Shown in pieces: positions 32,140 through 40,671 of a stretch of 64,000 nucleotides of DNA. The position numbers and the translations under genes were made by a program. Origin of the DNA: Candidatus Kutchimonas denitrificans (GTDB lineage Bacteria > Gemmatimonadota > Gemmatimonadetes > Palauibacterales > KS3-K002); NCBI GenBank assembly GCA_011774835.1, contig JAACAK010000083.1, positions 25,042-89,041 of the forward strand, read 5' to 3'. Position 1 is the first letter of the stretch. Every line of letters starts with the position of its first letter. The notes under the pieces were generated by a model. That model saw nothing but the letters and a program-made list of their open reading frames with translations, was not told the origin of the DNA and searched no databases.

Positions 32140-33798
32140 GTGCCGGACTACCTTCGCCAGCTCATCCAGATCGACTACGTGTCGTTCGTCGTCATCGGCA
32201 CGATCGCGGGTCTGCTGACCAACGCGGTGGCGATCTGGATGCTGTTCCACCCACACGAGGCGCTGCGGGCCGGCCGGCTGCGGCTGTTTCCCCAGGGCGC
32301 CATACCGAAGGAGATCGGCCGGATCGCCAGGCGGATCGGGCAAACGGTAGGCACCCACCTGCTGCGGACCGAGGATATCGTCGCGACGCTCGGCCAGCCC
32401 GAATTTCGCGAGCGCTTCGACTCGACGCTGCGCAACGCCCTCGAGCGGCTGCTCGACAAGGAGCTGGGCAATTTGAGGTCGGAGCTCCCCGAGCACCGTC
32501 TGGGCGAGGTAGCGGGGACGGTGAGCGAGTTCGGGGAGCGCCTGCTGGAGGGGCTGGTCGAGTACCTGAACGGCGCGGCGTTCGAGCGGCGCGTGCACGA
32601 ACTGGTCGAGCGGCTCCGCAGCGAGTTCGGCGAGGTCCCCCTCGAGCAGGTCTTGACGCCGGCAGCCCGCGAACAGCTGGTGCTGACGCTTCGCGACCTG
32701 GGCGAAGGCGTGGTCATGGGGCACGGCTTCCGGCAGACGATTGGGGATTTCTTCCATCGCAACCTGCGGGAGTTCGTCAACTCGGACGAGCCGCTGGGTC
32801 GATTCGTCCCGGTGGGCGCGATCAACTTCGGCGAGGCGGTGGTCGGCAACTACCTGCCGCTGGTCCTGGACCGGTTCGGTCAGGTGCTCGAGTCGCCGGC
32901 GGCGCAGGAGCGGGTACGCCGCGCGCTGCGCGACTTCATCGACGGCTACCTGAGCCAGCAGGGTATGTTTCAGCAGATCGTCGGCCGGCTGATCATCACC
33001 GAGCGGACACTGAGCCAGACGGTGCAGGCGCTGGAGCGAGGCGGCGCCGAGGAAGTGGCGGCGTTGCTGCGGGAGCCGCTGATACAAGACCGGGCGGCGG
33101 CCGCCGTGAACGATGCCATCGACGACATGCTGCAACGCCCGGTACGCGAGATCTTCGGCGACATGAGCGATGAGGAACTGGCCCGGGTTGGAGACGTGCT
33201 GGCGGATCGGATCGTCGATTTCGCACGGCACGAGACGACCGAGGAGTTCGTTGTCAATCGTACGGACCGGCTGCTGAAGGCGTCGGAAGGGAAACGGCTG
33301 GTCGATGTTCTGGAGTATCTCGGTCCGGAGGCGGCCGGTCGAATCACCAATCGCCTCGCCGACTGGGTGGTGGAGATCGCCCGGGGCGAACGGGTCCACG
33401 ACCTGCTCGAGGCGACGCTGGTCCGCCAGACCGAGTGGCTGATGACCGTGCCGATCGGCCGACTGCGCGACTATTTGCCACCGGACGCGATCGACCGGGC
33501 GGACCAGCTGGTGTTCGGTCCGCTGTGGGAGTTTCTGCAGAAACGGGTGCCAGCGCTGGTCGCCGAGCTGCCGATCGCCGAGATGGTGGAACAGCGGATC
33601 AGGGCATATCCGATCGCCGACTTCGAGCGATTGATCTGGACGGTGACGCGCCGGGAGTTGAGGCTGATCATATACCTGGGCGGATTCCTCGGCGCGGTGG
33701 TCGGATCACTGATGGTCGTCCTACAGGCGCCGGCGGTCGGGGCGACGTATGTCGGCGTGATGCTCCTGGCTTCCTATCTGTTCATCAACCTGCGTTAG
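32140..33798 (+). CDS. DUF445-like membrane-associated protein
   Basis: It has an N-terminal TM helix (FVVIGTIAGLLTNAVAIWMLFHP), a long helical middle region, and the C-terminal block ELRLIIYLGGFLGAVVGSL typical of DUF445/UPF0754 proteins. Confidence 0.55.
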   Translation: MPDYLRQLIQIDYVSFVVIGTIAGLLTNAVAIWMLFHPHEALRAGRLRLFPQGAIPKEIGRIARRIGQTVGTHLLRTEDIVATLGQPEFRERFDSTLRNALERLLDKELGNLRSELPEHRLGEVAGTVSEFGERLLEGLVEYLNGAAFERRVHELVERLRSEFGEVPLEQVLTPAAREQLVLTLRDLGEGVVMGHGFRQTIGDFFHRNLREFVNSDEPLGRFVPVGAINFGEAVVGNYLPLVLDRFGQVLESPAAQERVRRALRDFIDGYLSQQGMFQQIVGRLIITERTLSQTVQALERGGAEEVAALLREPLIQDRAAAAVNDAIDDMLQRPVREIFGDMSDEELARVGDVLADRIVDFARHETTEEFVVNRTDRLLKASEGKRLVDVLEYLGPEAAGRITNRLADWVVEIARGERVHDLLEATLVRQTEWLMTVPIGRLRDYLPPDAIDRADQLVFGPLWEFLQKRVPALVAELPIAEMVEQRIRAYPIADFERLIWTVTRRELRLIIYLGGFLGAVVGSLMVVLQAPAVGATYVGVMLLASYLFINLR

Positions 33799-33872
33799 GG
33801 CACGGTGATCGAAGGGTTCCGCCCCGCGGGGCCGCTGTGGCCGGTCGACGGCTGACCGATCGGAGGTCGAAT

Positions 33873-34463
33873 ATGAAGTGGAAAGCGGTCGTCGTTCTCG
33901 CCGGTCTGCTCGCGCTTCCACAGGTCGGCAGCGCCCAGTTCATCTCTTTGCGCTTTGTGGGGCTCGATATGCTGGGTGGCGCGGTGGTCCCTGGCGCCGG
34001 TACCGATGTGGGCGTGACGTTCGGAGCCCGTTTCGGTTTCGGTGACCTGTTCGGCGGTTTCGCGCGGTTGGGCGTGGAGGTCGATTGGTGGACCGCCCGG
34101 CACGACGATCCGGCCTACGAGATCCGGAATATCCTGGGCGGGATCGCGATCTGGAAAGAGATAGTCGGCAGCGGGCCGGTCGTCCCGTACCTGGGCATGG
34201 GTGGAGCGATTCACTCTCTCGATACCGCGCCGGTGGGCCGGCTGACCGACCCGCTCCCCGCCGAGGCTCGACGGATAGCGGGCGCCCGGTTGGGGGGTAG
34301 CGGCTTCGGCGGAGTGGCCTTCGCGCTGTCTCGAACGAGGGCGATGTGGATCCTGCTCGAGTACCGCTACACCGCCGTTACAGACATCCCCTTCCAAGAA
34401 ATTCGTCTCGGGTTCCGGCTGGCGGGCCGGCGGCCGGTTCGCTCGGTTGCTAGCTTCCCGTAG
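33873..34463 (+). CDS. Small outer-membrane beta-barrel protein
   Basis: ATG 33873 is preceded by GGAGG. The signal peptide is MKWKAVVVLAGLLALPQVGSAQ. Gly/aromatic-rich alternating strands are present (FGARFGFGDLFGGFARLGVEVDWW). It is in frame within track ORF 33435..34463. Confidence 0.55.
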   Translation: MKWKAVVVLAGLLALPQVGSAQFISLRFVGLDMLGGAVVPGAGTDVGVTFGARFGFGDLFGGFARLGVEVDWWTARHDDPAYEIRNILGGIAIWKEIVGSGPVVPYLGMGGAIHSLDTAPVGRLTDPLPAEARRIAGARLGGSGFGGVAFALSRTRAMWILLEYRYTAVTDIPFQEIRLGFRLAGRRPVRSVASFP

Positions 34464-34532
34464 TGCGGGCTATGATGGACCGCGAAACGGTGTACCGGGC
34501 CGTACCGCCGCGGCCCTGCGCCACAGCGACGG

Positions 34533-35435
34533 GTGGGCGACTTGGAAGGACCCGCAGATCTGGATGAAGGCCAGGAATACGTGCAGGTGCCCGGTCCATC
34601 GGGCGCCGGCGAGGCCGTCGAGGCCCTGCTGGAGGAGGTGGGCGAAGAGACCCAGACGCAGCCGGCGGCGCACTTCGGCGGGCTGCGGGGCCGCACGGCG
34701 ATGGTCTCGGGAGGCGCGACGGGCATCGGCCGCCGGGTCGCGCTCGAGTTCGCGCGTTGCGGAGCGAACGTGGCGTTCAACTGGTACGATTTGCCCGGCC
34801 GCTCGATAGACGAGGCTGCGGCCAAGACCGAGGCGGAGCTGCAGCAGCTCGAGGTGAAGGTCCTGTCGAAGCGCGTCGACGTTAGAGATAGCGAGTCGGT
34901 CGAGAGCTTCGTTGAGCTGGCGCGCCAGAAATTGGGGGGACCTCACTTCCTGGTCAACGCGGCGGGGGTGCACCGTTCGGGACCGCTCTGGAAGCTGACC
35001 GATGAGCAGTGGCGCGACGTCGTGGACGTGAACCTGACGGGTGCGTTCAACATGATCCGCGCGGTGGCGCCCACCTTCAGATCGCAGCGCCATGGCAAGA
35101 TCGTGAACATCTCATCGGTCCAGGCTTTCGAGGGGCACTTCGGCGTCGCCAACTACGCCGCGGCCAAATCGGGTCTGATCGGTTTGACGCGATCCGCCGC
35201 CGCCGACCTCGGACCGTCGAACGTCAACGTCAACGGAGTGGCCCCCGGATTCGTCCGCACCGAAATGCTGTCGGATGTGTCCGACCAGGTCATCGCCGAG
35301 ACGGAGAAGCGGGCGGTGCTGGGGCGTTTGCCGGAGCCGGTCGACGTGGCTCACGTGGTGCTGTTCCTCTGTTCAGAGATGGCGCGACAGATCACGGGGC
35401 AGGTCATTCGGGTGGACGCGGGGCTGCTCGGTTGA
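34533..35435 (+). CDS. Short-chain dehydrogenase/reductase (FabG-like 3-oxoacyl reductase)
   Basis: SDR motifs are SGGATGIGRRVA, NAAG and YAAAKSG. The acidic roughly 50-aa N-terminal extension makes the true start uncertain. Confidence 0.8.
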   Translation: MGDLEGPADLDEGQEYVQVPGPSGAGEAVEALLEEVGEETQTQPAAHFGGLRGRTAMVSGGATGIGRRVALEFARCGANVAFNWYDLPGRSIDEAAAKTEAELQQLEVKVLSKRVDVRDSESVESFVELARQKLGGPHFLVNAAGVHRSGPLWKLTDEQWRDVVDVNLTGAFNMIRAVAPTFRSQRHGKIVNISSVQAFEGHFGVANYAAAKSGLIGLTRSAAADLGPSNVNVNGVAPGFVRTEMLSDVSDQVIAETEKRAVLGRLPEPVDVAHVVLFLCSEMARQITGQVIRVDAGLLG

Positions 35436-35468
35436 GCGGATCCGCAGTCGTGTGAGGGAGGGTTCGAT

Positions 35469-36125
35469 TTGAATTGGAACAGGGGTGGGGGCGGAATCGC
35501 CACGGCGCTGGCCGCCGCGCTGGTGGCGGCGGCCGGCTGCGGTGGTGGTGGCTCCGGAGAGGCGCCGGCCCCGATGACCGGTTTCGGGGTCCTCAGCGGC
35601 AAGACGACACTGGTGCTGCCGGTCCAGTATGTGGGTCGGGTCCCCGGGGGCTGGCCCGGCGGCGCGGCCACCGCCCGGGAAGCGATGCGGGCGGCGGACG
35701 CCGAGATCCGCTTCGCCCTCGAGGAGTACGGCGGTCGTGCGATCTGGGTCATGCCGGAGCGACAGGTGGAGACGCTCCGCCGGCAGCCTTCGATCCAGGG
35801 CGTCGACCCGTACCTGCTGTCGGCGGACTATCTGCGGCGCGAAGGCGGCGACGCCAGGTGGTTCCGCGATCCGCTGTTCGGTGAGATCCGCAAGCTGGCC
35901 GCCCTGTTCGACGCCCGCTACGCCGTCTGGCCCCTCGAGTTGATCCACGTCGAGGACCGGGACGGAACCGGCGTGCGCCTCGCCATCCGGAGCTTCCTGC
36001 TCGACACTCGGAGCGGCGCCGTGCTCTGGTACGGGGTCGTCGCCTCCGGCGATGATCAGGCCCCCGCCATGCCTGGCGCGCTGGCGACGGTGGCGCAGAG
36101 ATTCGCCGAGCGGGTGAGCCCATGA
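35469..36125 (+). CDS. Lipoprotein of unknown function
   Basis: The lipobox is LAAALVAAAGCGGGG, reached from a TTG start. I recognised no domain. Confidence 0.5.
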   Translation: MNWNRGGGGIATALAAALVAAAGCGGGGSGEAPAPMTGFGVLSGKTTLVLPVQYVGRVPGGWPGGAATAREAMRAADAEIRFALEEYGGRAIWVMPERQVETLRRQPSIQGVDPYLLSADYLRREGGDARWFRDPLFGEIRKLAALFDARYAVWPLELIHVEDRDGTGVRLAIRSFLLDTRSGAVLWYGVVASGDDQAPAMPGALATVAQRFAERVSP

Positions 36126-36153
36126 TCCGGGGCTCGCGGCCCGAGGATGGGCG

Positions 36154-37170
36154 ATGACCGCGACCGTAACGCTGATACCCGGCGACGGCATCGGCCCCGA
36201 GATCGTCGATGGCGCGGTGCGCGTCTTCGAGGCGGCGGGCGCCGACGTGGGGTGGGACCGGCAGCTGGCCGGGGTGGCGGCGATGGAAGAGGGCCTGGGG
36301 CCGCTGCCCGACGAGACTACCGACTCGATTCTGGAGAACAAAGTCGCGCTGAAGGGACCGCTGACCACTCCGGTGGGCGAGGGGTTCCGCTCGATCAACG
36401 TGGCGTTACGAAAGCACTTCGATCTCTACGCGAACGTCCGCCCGGCGAAAACGCTCATGCGCGGCGGCCGCTACGAGGACGTCGACCTGATCGTGATTCG
36501 CGAGAACACCGAAGGGCTTTACGTCGGGATCGAGCACTTCATCGGAATGGAGGAAGACCCCGAAGCGGCGGCCGAGTCGGTGATGATCGTCACCCGCTAC
36601 GGCGCCGAACGGATCGCTCGCTTCGCCTTCGACTACGCGGTCACCCACGACCGCCGCAAGGTGACGCTGGTTCACAAGGCGAACATCCTGAAGTGCACCC
36701 AGGGGCTCTTCCTCGAGGTGGGCCGGAAGATCGCCGAGGACTACGCCGGCCGAATCGAGTTCGAGGACCGGATCGTCGATAACACCGCGATGCAGCTGGT
36801 GGTCGACCCGTACCAGTTCGATGTCATCGTCACCGAGAACATGTTCGGCGACATCCTCTCGGATGAAGCGTCGGGCCTGATCGGCGGCTTGGGTCTGGCG
36901 CCCGGCGCCAACATAGGCAACCATGCGGCGATCTTCGAAGCCGTGCACGGCTCGGCCCCGGACATCGCCGGCCAGGGGATCGCCAATCCATCGGCGGTCA
37001 TCCTGGCCGGCTGCATGATGTTCGACTACCTGGGCGCGTCGGAGGTCGCCGAGCGGGTGCGCGAGGCCCTGACCACGGCTCTGGCCGGCCCGGTCAGGAC
37101 CCGCGACCTGGGCGGCGACGCGTCGACGCGGGAGTTCTCCCACGCGATCATCGAGGAGCTGAGGGATTGA
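36154..37170 (+). CDS. Isocitrate/isopropylmalate dehydrogenase family enzyme (NAD-dependent isocitrate dehydrogenase-like)
   Basis: Signature blocks are VTLIPGDGIGPEI, SINVALRKHFDLYANVRP, IRENTEGLYVG, NMFGDILSDE and HGSAPDIAG. Confidence 0.85.
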   Translation: MTATVTLIPGDGIGPEIVDGAVRVFEAAGADVGWDRQLAGVAAMEEGLGPLPDETTDSILENKVALKGPLTTPVGEGFRSINVALRKHFDLYANVRPAKTLMRGGRYEDVDLIVIRENTEGLYVGIEHFIGMEEDPEAAAESVMIVTRYGAERIARFAFDYAVTHDRRKVTLVHKANILKCTQGLFLEVGRKIAEDYAGRIEFEDRIVDNTAMQLVVDPYQFDVIVTENMFGDILSDEASGLIGGLGLAPGANIGNHAAIFEAVHGSAPDIAGQGIANPSAVILAGCMMFDYLGASEVAERVREALTTALAGPVRTRDLGGDASTREFSHAIIEELRD

Positions 37171-37499
37171 GATTCGGATCGAGCGAGGCCTCCTGCACCA
37201 GCTGCCACCAGCTGTATGCGGCGAGCGACCTGGACCGCTATCTGTGGTGCCCGAACTGTCGCAAGCAGCTCGAGCGCCGGGGGACGAAGGTGGGCCGCGC
37301 CGTCGGAGTCGTGGCTTCCGCCGGCCTGGCCGCCTACCTCGTCGTCGAGGTCCACCCATCGGCCCGCTTCGTGGCCATCTACCTGCTTCTGCTGGTGATG
37401 ACCTACACGCTCACCAGTCGAATCGCCAGGGCCGTGGTCCAGGGCTTCTACCGCTCACGGGCCCTGGGCGGCGTAGTCGAAACCGAGAACCCGGAGTGA
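37167..37499 (+). CDS. Small zinc-ribbon membrane protein
   Basis: It has CTSC...CPNC cysteine pairs followed by two hydrophobic helices. The TTG start overlaps the dehydrogenase stop (TTGA). Confidence 0.45.
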   Translation: MRFGSSEASCTSCHQLYAASDLDRYLWCPNCRKQLERRGTKVGRAVGVVASAGLAAYLVVEVHPSARFVAIYLLLLVMTYTLTSRIARAVVQGFYRSRALGGVVETENPE

Positions 37500-37502
37500 C
37501 CC

Positions 37503-38687
37503 GTGGCAAGAACCAGCAGCCTGGACTATTTCGATACCGAGTCGCTGTTGTCCGAGGAGGAACGGGCGGTACGTGATACGATCGGTGAATGGGTAGACGA
37601 GAAGTTTTTGCCGGTCATCGGTGAATGCTATATCGAGGGCCGCTTTCCCAAGGAGCTCATCCCCCAGCTGGCGGACCTGGGTGCGTTCGGCGCGAACATG
37701 CCGGAGAAATACGGCTGCGCGGATCTGAACAGCGTGGCCTACGGGCTGATCATGCAGGAGCTGGAGCGTGGCGACTCGGGCGTCCGCTCGTTTGTCAGCG
37801 TGCAATCGGCGCTGGTCATGTACCCGATCCTCGAGTTCGGCAGCGAGGAGCAGCGTCAGCACTGGCTCCCCAAGCTGGCCCGGGCCGAGGCGATCGGCTG
37901 CTTCGGCCTGACGGAACCGGACTACGGCTCGGACCCTGGCGGCCTGATCACGCGGGCCGTCAAGGATGGTGACGAGTGGGTGATCAACGGCACGAAGATG
38001 TGGATCACCAACGGTTCGCTGGCCGATGTGGCGATCATCTGGGCGAAGACCGGTGACCTCGACGACCCCGGTTCGATCCGCGGCTTCATCGTCGAGACCG
38101 ACCGGGATGGTTTCGTGGCCAAGGACCAGAAAGGGAAGCTGTCGCTGCTGGCCGCGGACACGAGCGAACTGGCGCTACAGGACGTACGGGTCCCCGACGA
38201 TCACCTGTTGCCGAACTCGTCGGGTCTACGCAGCGCGCTGATGTGTCTGAACCAGGCCCGTTATGGCATCGCGTGGGGCGCGGTGGGCGCGGCGATGGCC
38301 TGTTATCAGGAGGCGCTGAGCTACGCGCAGAATCGAGTCCAGTTCGAGCGCCCCATCGCCGGCTACCAGATCCAGCAGATCCGCCTGGTCGAGATGCTGA
38401 CCGAGATCACCAAGGGGCAGCTGCTGGCCCTGCAGCTGGGCCGGCTGAAGGACCGGGGCGAGCTCCACCACGGTCAGGTGTCGATGGCGAAGCGGAACAA
38501 CGTGAACATGGCCTGCGAGGTGGCGCGGGAGGCGCGCCGCCTGCTGGGCGCCAACGGGATCCTCGTGGAGTACCAGTCGATGCGGCACATGGCGAACCTG
38601 GAGTCGGTCTACACCTACGAGGGGACCCACGACATCCACGGCCTGATCATCGGCGAGGACATCACCGGGATCAGCGCGATCAGCTAG
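37503..38687 (+). CDS. gcdH: Glutaryl-CoA dehydrogenase (acyl-CoA dehydrogenase family)
   Basis: Signature blocks are GCFGLTEPDYGSDPGG, WITNG and YEGTHDIHGLIIGEDITG. The overall N-terminal pattern LLSEEERAVRDT...FPKELIPQLADLG is typical of GcdH. Confidence 0.85.
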   Translation: MARTSSLDYFDTESLLSEEERAVRDTIGEWVDEKFLPVIGECYIEGRFPKELIPQLADLGAFGANMPEKYGCADLNSVAYGLIMQELERGDSGVRSFVSVQSALVMYPILEFGSEEQRQHWLPKLARAEAIGCFGLTEPDYGSDPGGLITRAVKDGDEWVINGTKMWITNGSLADVAIIWAKTGDLDDPGSIRGFIVETDRDGFVAKDQKGKLSLLAADTSELALQDVRVPDDHLLPNSSGLRSALMCLNQARYGIAWGAVGAAMACYQEALSYAQNRVQFERPIAGYQIQQIRLVEMLTEITKGQLLALQLGRLKDRGELHHGQVSMAKRNNVNMACEVAREARRLLGANGILVEYQSMRHMANLESVYTYEGTHDIHGLIIGEDITGISAIS

Positions 38688-38806
38688 CGGGTAGCTGGGT
38701 TCCGCCTCCGTGGCGGTTGGAAACTTCGCTCTCGTGTAGGCGCGCCGTCGCACTTGCACGCCGCGTCGGTGCGCCAGAGATTATCCCACCTGACCGAATT
38801 CTCAGC

Positions 38807-38880
38807 GCGCCCGTAGCTCAATTGGACAGAGCACTGGGCTTCGGACCCAGGTGTTGGGGGTTCGAATCCTCCCGGGCGCG
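38807..38880 (+). tRNA. tRNA-Arg (anticodon UCG)
   Basis: I folded the cloverleaf by hand. The acceptor stem is GCGCCCG/CGGGCGC and the D stem is GCTC/GAGC. The anticodon stem is CTGGG/CCCAG with loop CTTCGGA (anticodon TCG). The T arm is GGGGG-TTCGAAT-CCTCC and the discriminator is G. CCA is not encoded. Confidence 0.93.
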
Positions 38881-38887
38881 CTTCGAA

Positions 38888-38980
38888 TCGGTATGCAGTG
38901 TGCGGTGAGTCGGTGTGCGGTGGGGGCCCGGGCTGGAGGGGCGGCTACTGCACACCCGTTTACTGCAGACTGCATACCGA
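38888..38980. terminator. Long imperfect hairpin between the convergent tRNA-Arg and nadA (possible bidirectional terminator)
   Basis: TCGGTATGCAGT (38888-38899) is perfectly complementary to ACTGCATACCGA (38969-38980). There is additional inner pairing (CGGTGTGC with GCACACCCG). No U-tract is present. Confidence 0.4.
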
Positions 38981-38982
38981 AT

Positions 38983-40008
38983 CTAGTCGTCGCGCCCGAT
39001 CTCGAGCATCCGGGTCAGCGCGCGGTGCGCCCGCACGCGCACGTCCTCGGGAACGTCCACCTCGTAACGTCCCCGGCGCAGGGCGGCCAGCGTGTTCTCG
39101 AGGGTGATCTTCTTCATGTGGGGGCAGAGCGTGCAGGGCCGCACCAGCTCCTTGTCGGGGTGCGCCTCCTGAACGTTGTCCGACATCGAGCACTCGGTGA
39201 CCAGCAGGATCCGCGGGGCGTCGCTCTCGTCGACGTAGTTGATCATCGCCGTGGTCGAGCCGACGAAATCAGCCTCGTTGCAGACCTCCGGCGCACACTC
39301 GGGGTGGGCGAGGATCAGGAGTCCCGGAAACTGATCCCGGTACGAGCGCAGCTCGGCCACGGTGAACTGCTCGTGCACGATGCAGCGTCCCTTCCACGCG
39401 ATGACCTCGACGTCCGTCTCCCTCTGGACGTTCCGCGCCAGGTACTCGTCGGGCAGGAAGATGACCCGATCGACGTCCAGCGATTCCACGACGGCCCGGG
39501 CGTTGGCCGACGTGCAGCAGATGTCGGACTCCGCCTTGATCGCCGCCGGCGTGTTCACGTAGGTCACGACCGGAACACCCGGGTACCTCTCCTTCAGCAA
39601 CCGCACGTCGGCCGCCGTGATGCTCTCGCTCAGCGAGCAGCCCGCCTCGAGGTCCGGGATCAGCACCCGCTTCTCCGGGTTCAGGATCTTGGCCGTCTCG
39701 GCCATGAAGTGGACGCCGCAGAAGACGATCGTGTCCTCGTCCACCTCCATCGCCGCCTGCGCCAGACCCAGCGAGTCACCCTGGAAATCGGCGATCCCGA
39801 AGAAGATCTGGGGGACCTGGTAATTGTGCGCCAGGATCACCGCCCCCACCTCCTGCTTCAGCCGCAGGATCTCGTGGATCAGCGGCGCCTGCAGCCGCCA
39901 TTCCAGTTCGGGGACCATATCGGAGATCCTCTCGTAGATATGGGCCGTGGCGCTGGCGACCTCGGGTGTGTACTCGAGCGATGGGTCCTCAAGGTGCGTC
40001 GTTGACAT
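38983..40008 (-). CDS. nadA: Quinolinate synthase
   Basis: Signature blocks are VILAHNYQVPQI, ADFQGDSLGLAQ, IVFCGVHFMAETAKILNPEKRVLIPDLEAGCSL and YVNT. Confidence 0.92.
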   Translation of the reverse strand: MSTTHLEDPSLEYTPEVASATAHIYERISDMVPELEWRLQAPLIHEILRLKQEVGAVILAHNYQVPQIFFGIADFQGDSLGLAQAAMEVDEDTIVFCGVHFMAETAKILNPEKRVLIPDLEAGCSLSESITAADVRLLKERYPGVPVVTYVNTPAAIKAESDICCTSANARAVVESLDVDRVIFLPDEYLARNVQRETDVEVIAWKGRCIVHEQFTVAELRSYRDQFPGLLILAHPECAPEVCNEADFVGSTTAMINYVDESDAPRILLVTECSMSDNVQEAHPDKELVRPCTLCPHMKKITLENTLAALRRGRYEVDVPEDVRVRAHRALTRMLEIGRDD

Positions 40009-40129
40009 GTATGCTACGCTACTCCATGGCGCTTTCGCCGTGCGGTGGTCGGCTCGTTGTTAAACCGTGTTGTCGGTTGAAGTTTCGGCAAACAGGGAGT
40101 GAAAAGTCAACCCATCGGCGGCGACCACC

Positions 40130-40158
40130 TTGACCCGACGGGAGCCGGTCGGTGATAT
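40130..40158 (+). promoter_or_regulatory. Sigma70-like promoter candidate for rnpB (TTGACC - 17 nt - TGATAT)
   Basis: The -35 element TTGACC is at 40130-40135 and a -10-like TGATAT is at 40153-40158. The predicted start site falls about 7 nt downstream, coinciding with the 5' strand of the P1 helix. Confidence 0.4.
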
Positions 40159-40164
40159 TGCGGG

Positions 40165-40531
40165 GTCCGCGAGGGGAGCGAAGGGTCGCGGGCCGGCGCC
40201 GTCAGGCGCGCGGTCCGAGGAAAGTCCGAGCTCCGCAGGGCAGGGTGCCGGGTAACGCCCGGGCGGCGCGAGCCGACGGAAAGTGCCACAGAAAACAGAC
40301 CGCCGGTGCCTTCGGGCGTCCGGTAAGGGTGAAAAGGTGGGGTAAGAGCCCACCGCCCGAGCTGGTGACTGCCGGGGCACGGTAAACCCCACCCGGAGCA
40401 AGGCCAAGCAGGGGAGAGTGGTGGCCCGCCGCGTGACCATCCCCGGGTAGGCCGCACGAGGCGTCGGGCAACCGGCGTCCCAGATAAATGACCCAATAAA
40501 CAGAACTCGGCTTACGGCTCCCCTCGCGGTA
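40165..40531 (+). ncRNA. rnpB: RNase P RNA, bacterial class A
   Basis: The universally conserved P4 strands are GAGGAAAGTCCG and ACAGAACTCGGCTTAC. Other conserved blocks are GGTAACGCC, GAAAGTGCCACAGAAAA, GGTAAGGGTGAAA, GGTAAACCCCACC and AGCAAGGCC. The P1 helix pairs CCGCGAGGGGAGC (40167-79) with GCTCCCCTCGCGG (40517-29). Confidence 0.9.
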
Positions 40532-40533
40532 CT

Positions 40534-40562
40534 GCCCTCCGTCAGGAGGGCGGCCTTTTTTT
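40534..40562 (+). terminator. Intrinsic terminator after rnpB
   Basis: GCCCTCC-GTCA-GGAGGGC forms a 7-bp stem, followed by GGCC and then a T7 tract. Confidence 0.8.
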
Positions 40563-40671
40563 GGAAGAACAGAAGCAAGGCGTCGAGATCGACGTGGATG
40601 TCGGCGTTCGGCAGCGGTCCGGTCGGATTCCGTTGCCGTCGTTATCGAGGATCAAAGCGTGGAAAGGACGA

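Noticed and set aside
38688-38982. Genomic island or prophage integrated at tRNA-Arg
   Set aside because: There is no integrase, no direct repeat of the tRNA 3' end and no compositional shift. The next gene is the housekeeping nadA.
40060-40578. ORFs 40060..40578(-), 40107..40496(-), 40152..40385(+) and 40202..40471(-), plus the first 37 codons of 40561..41979
   Set aside because: They overlap the RNase P RNA and its terminator. The conserved P4 strands and the P1 helix explain this sequence fully.
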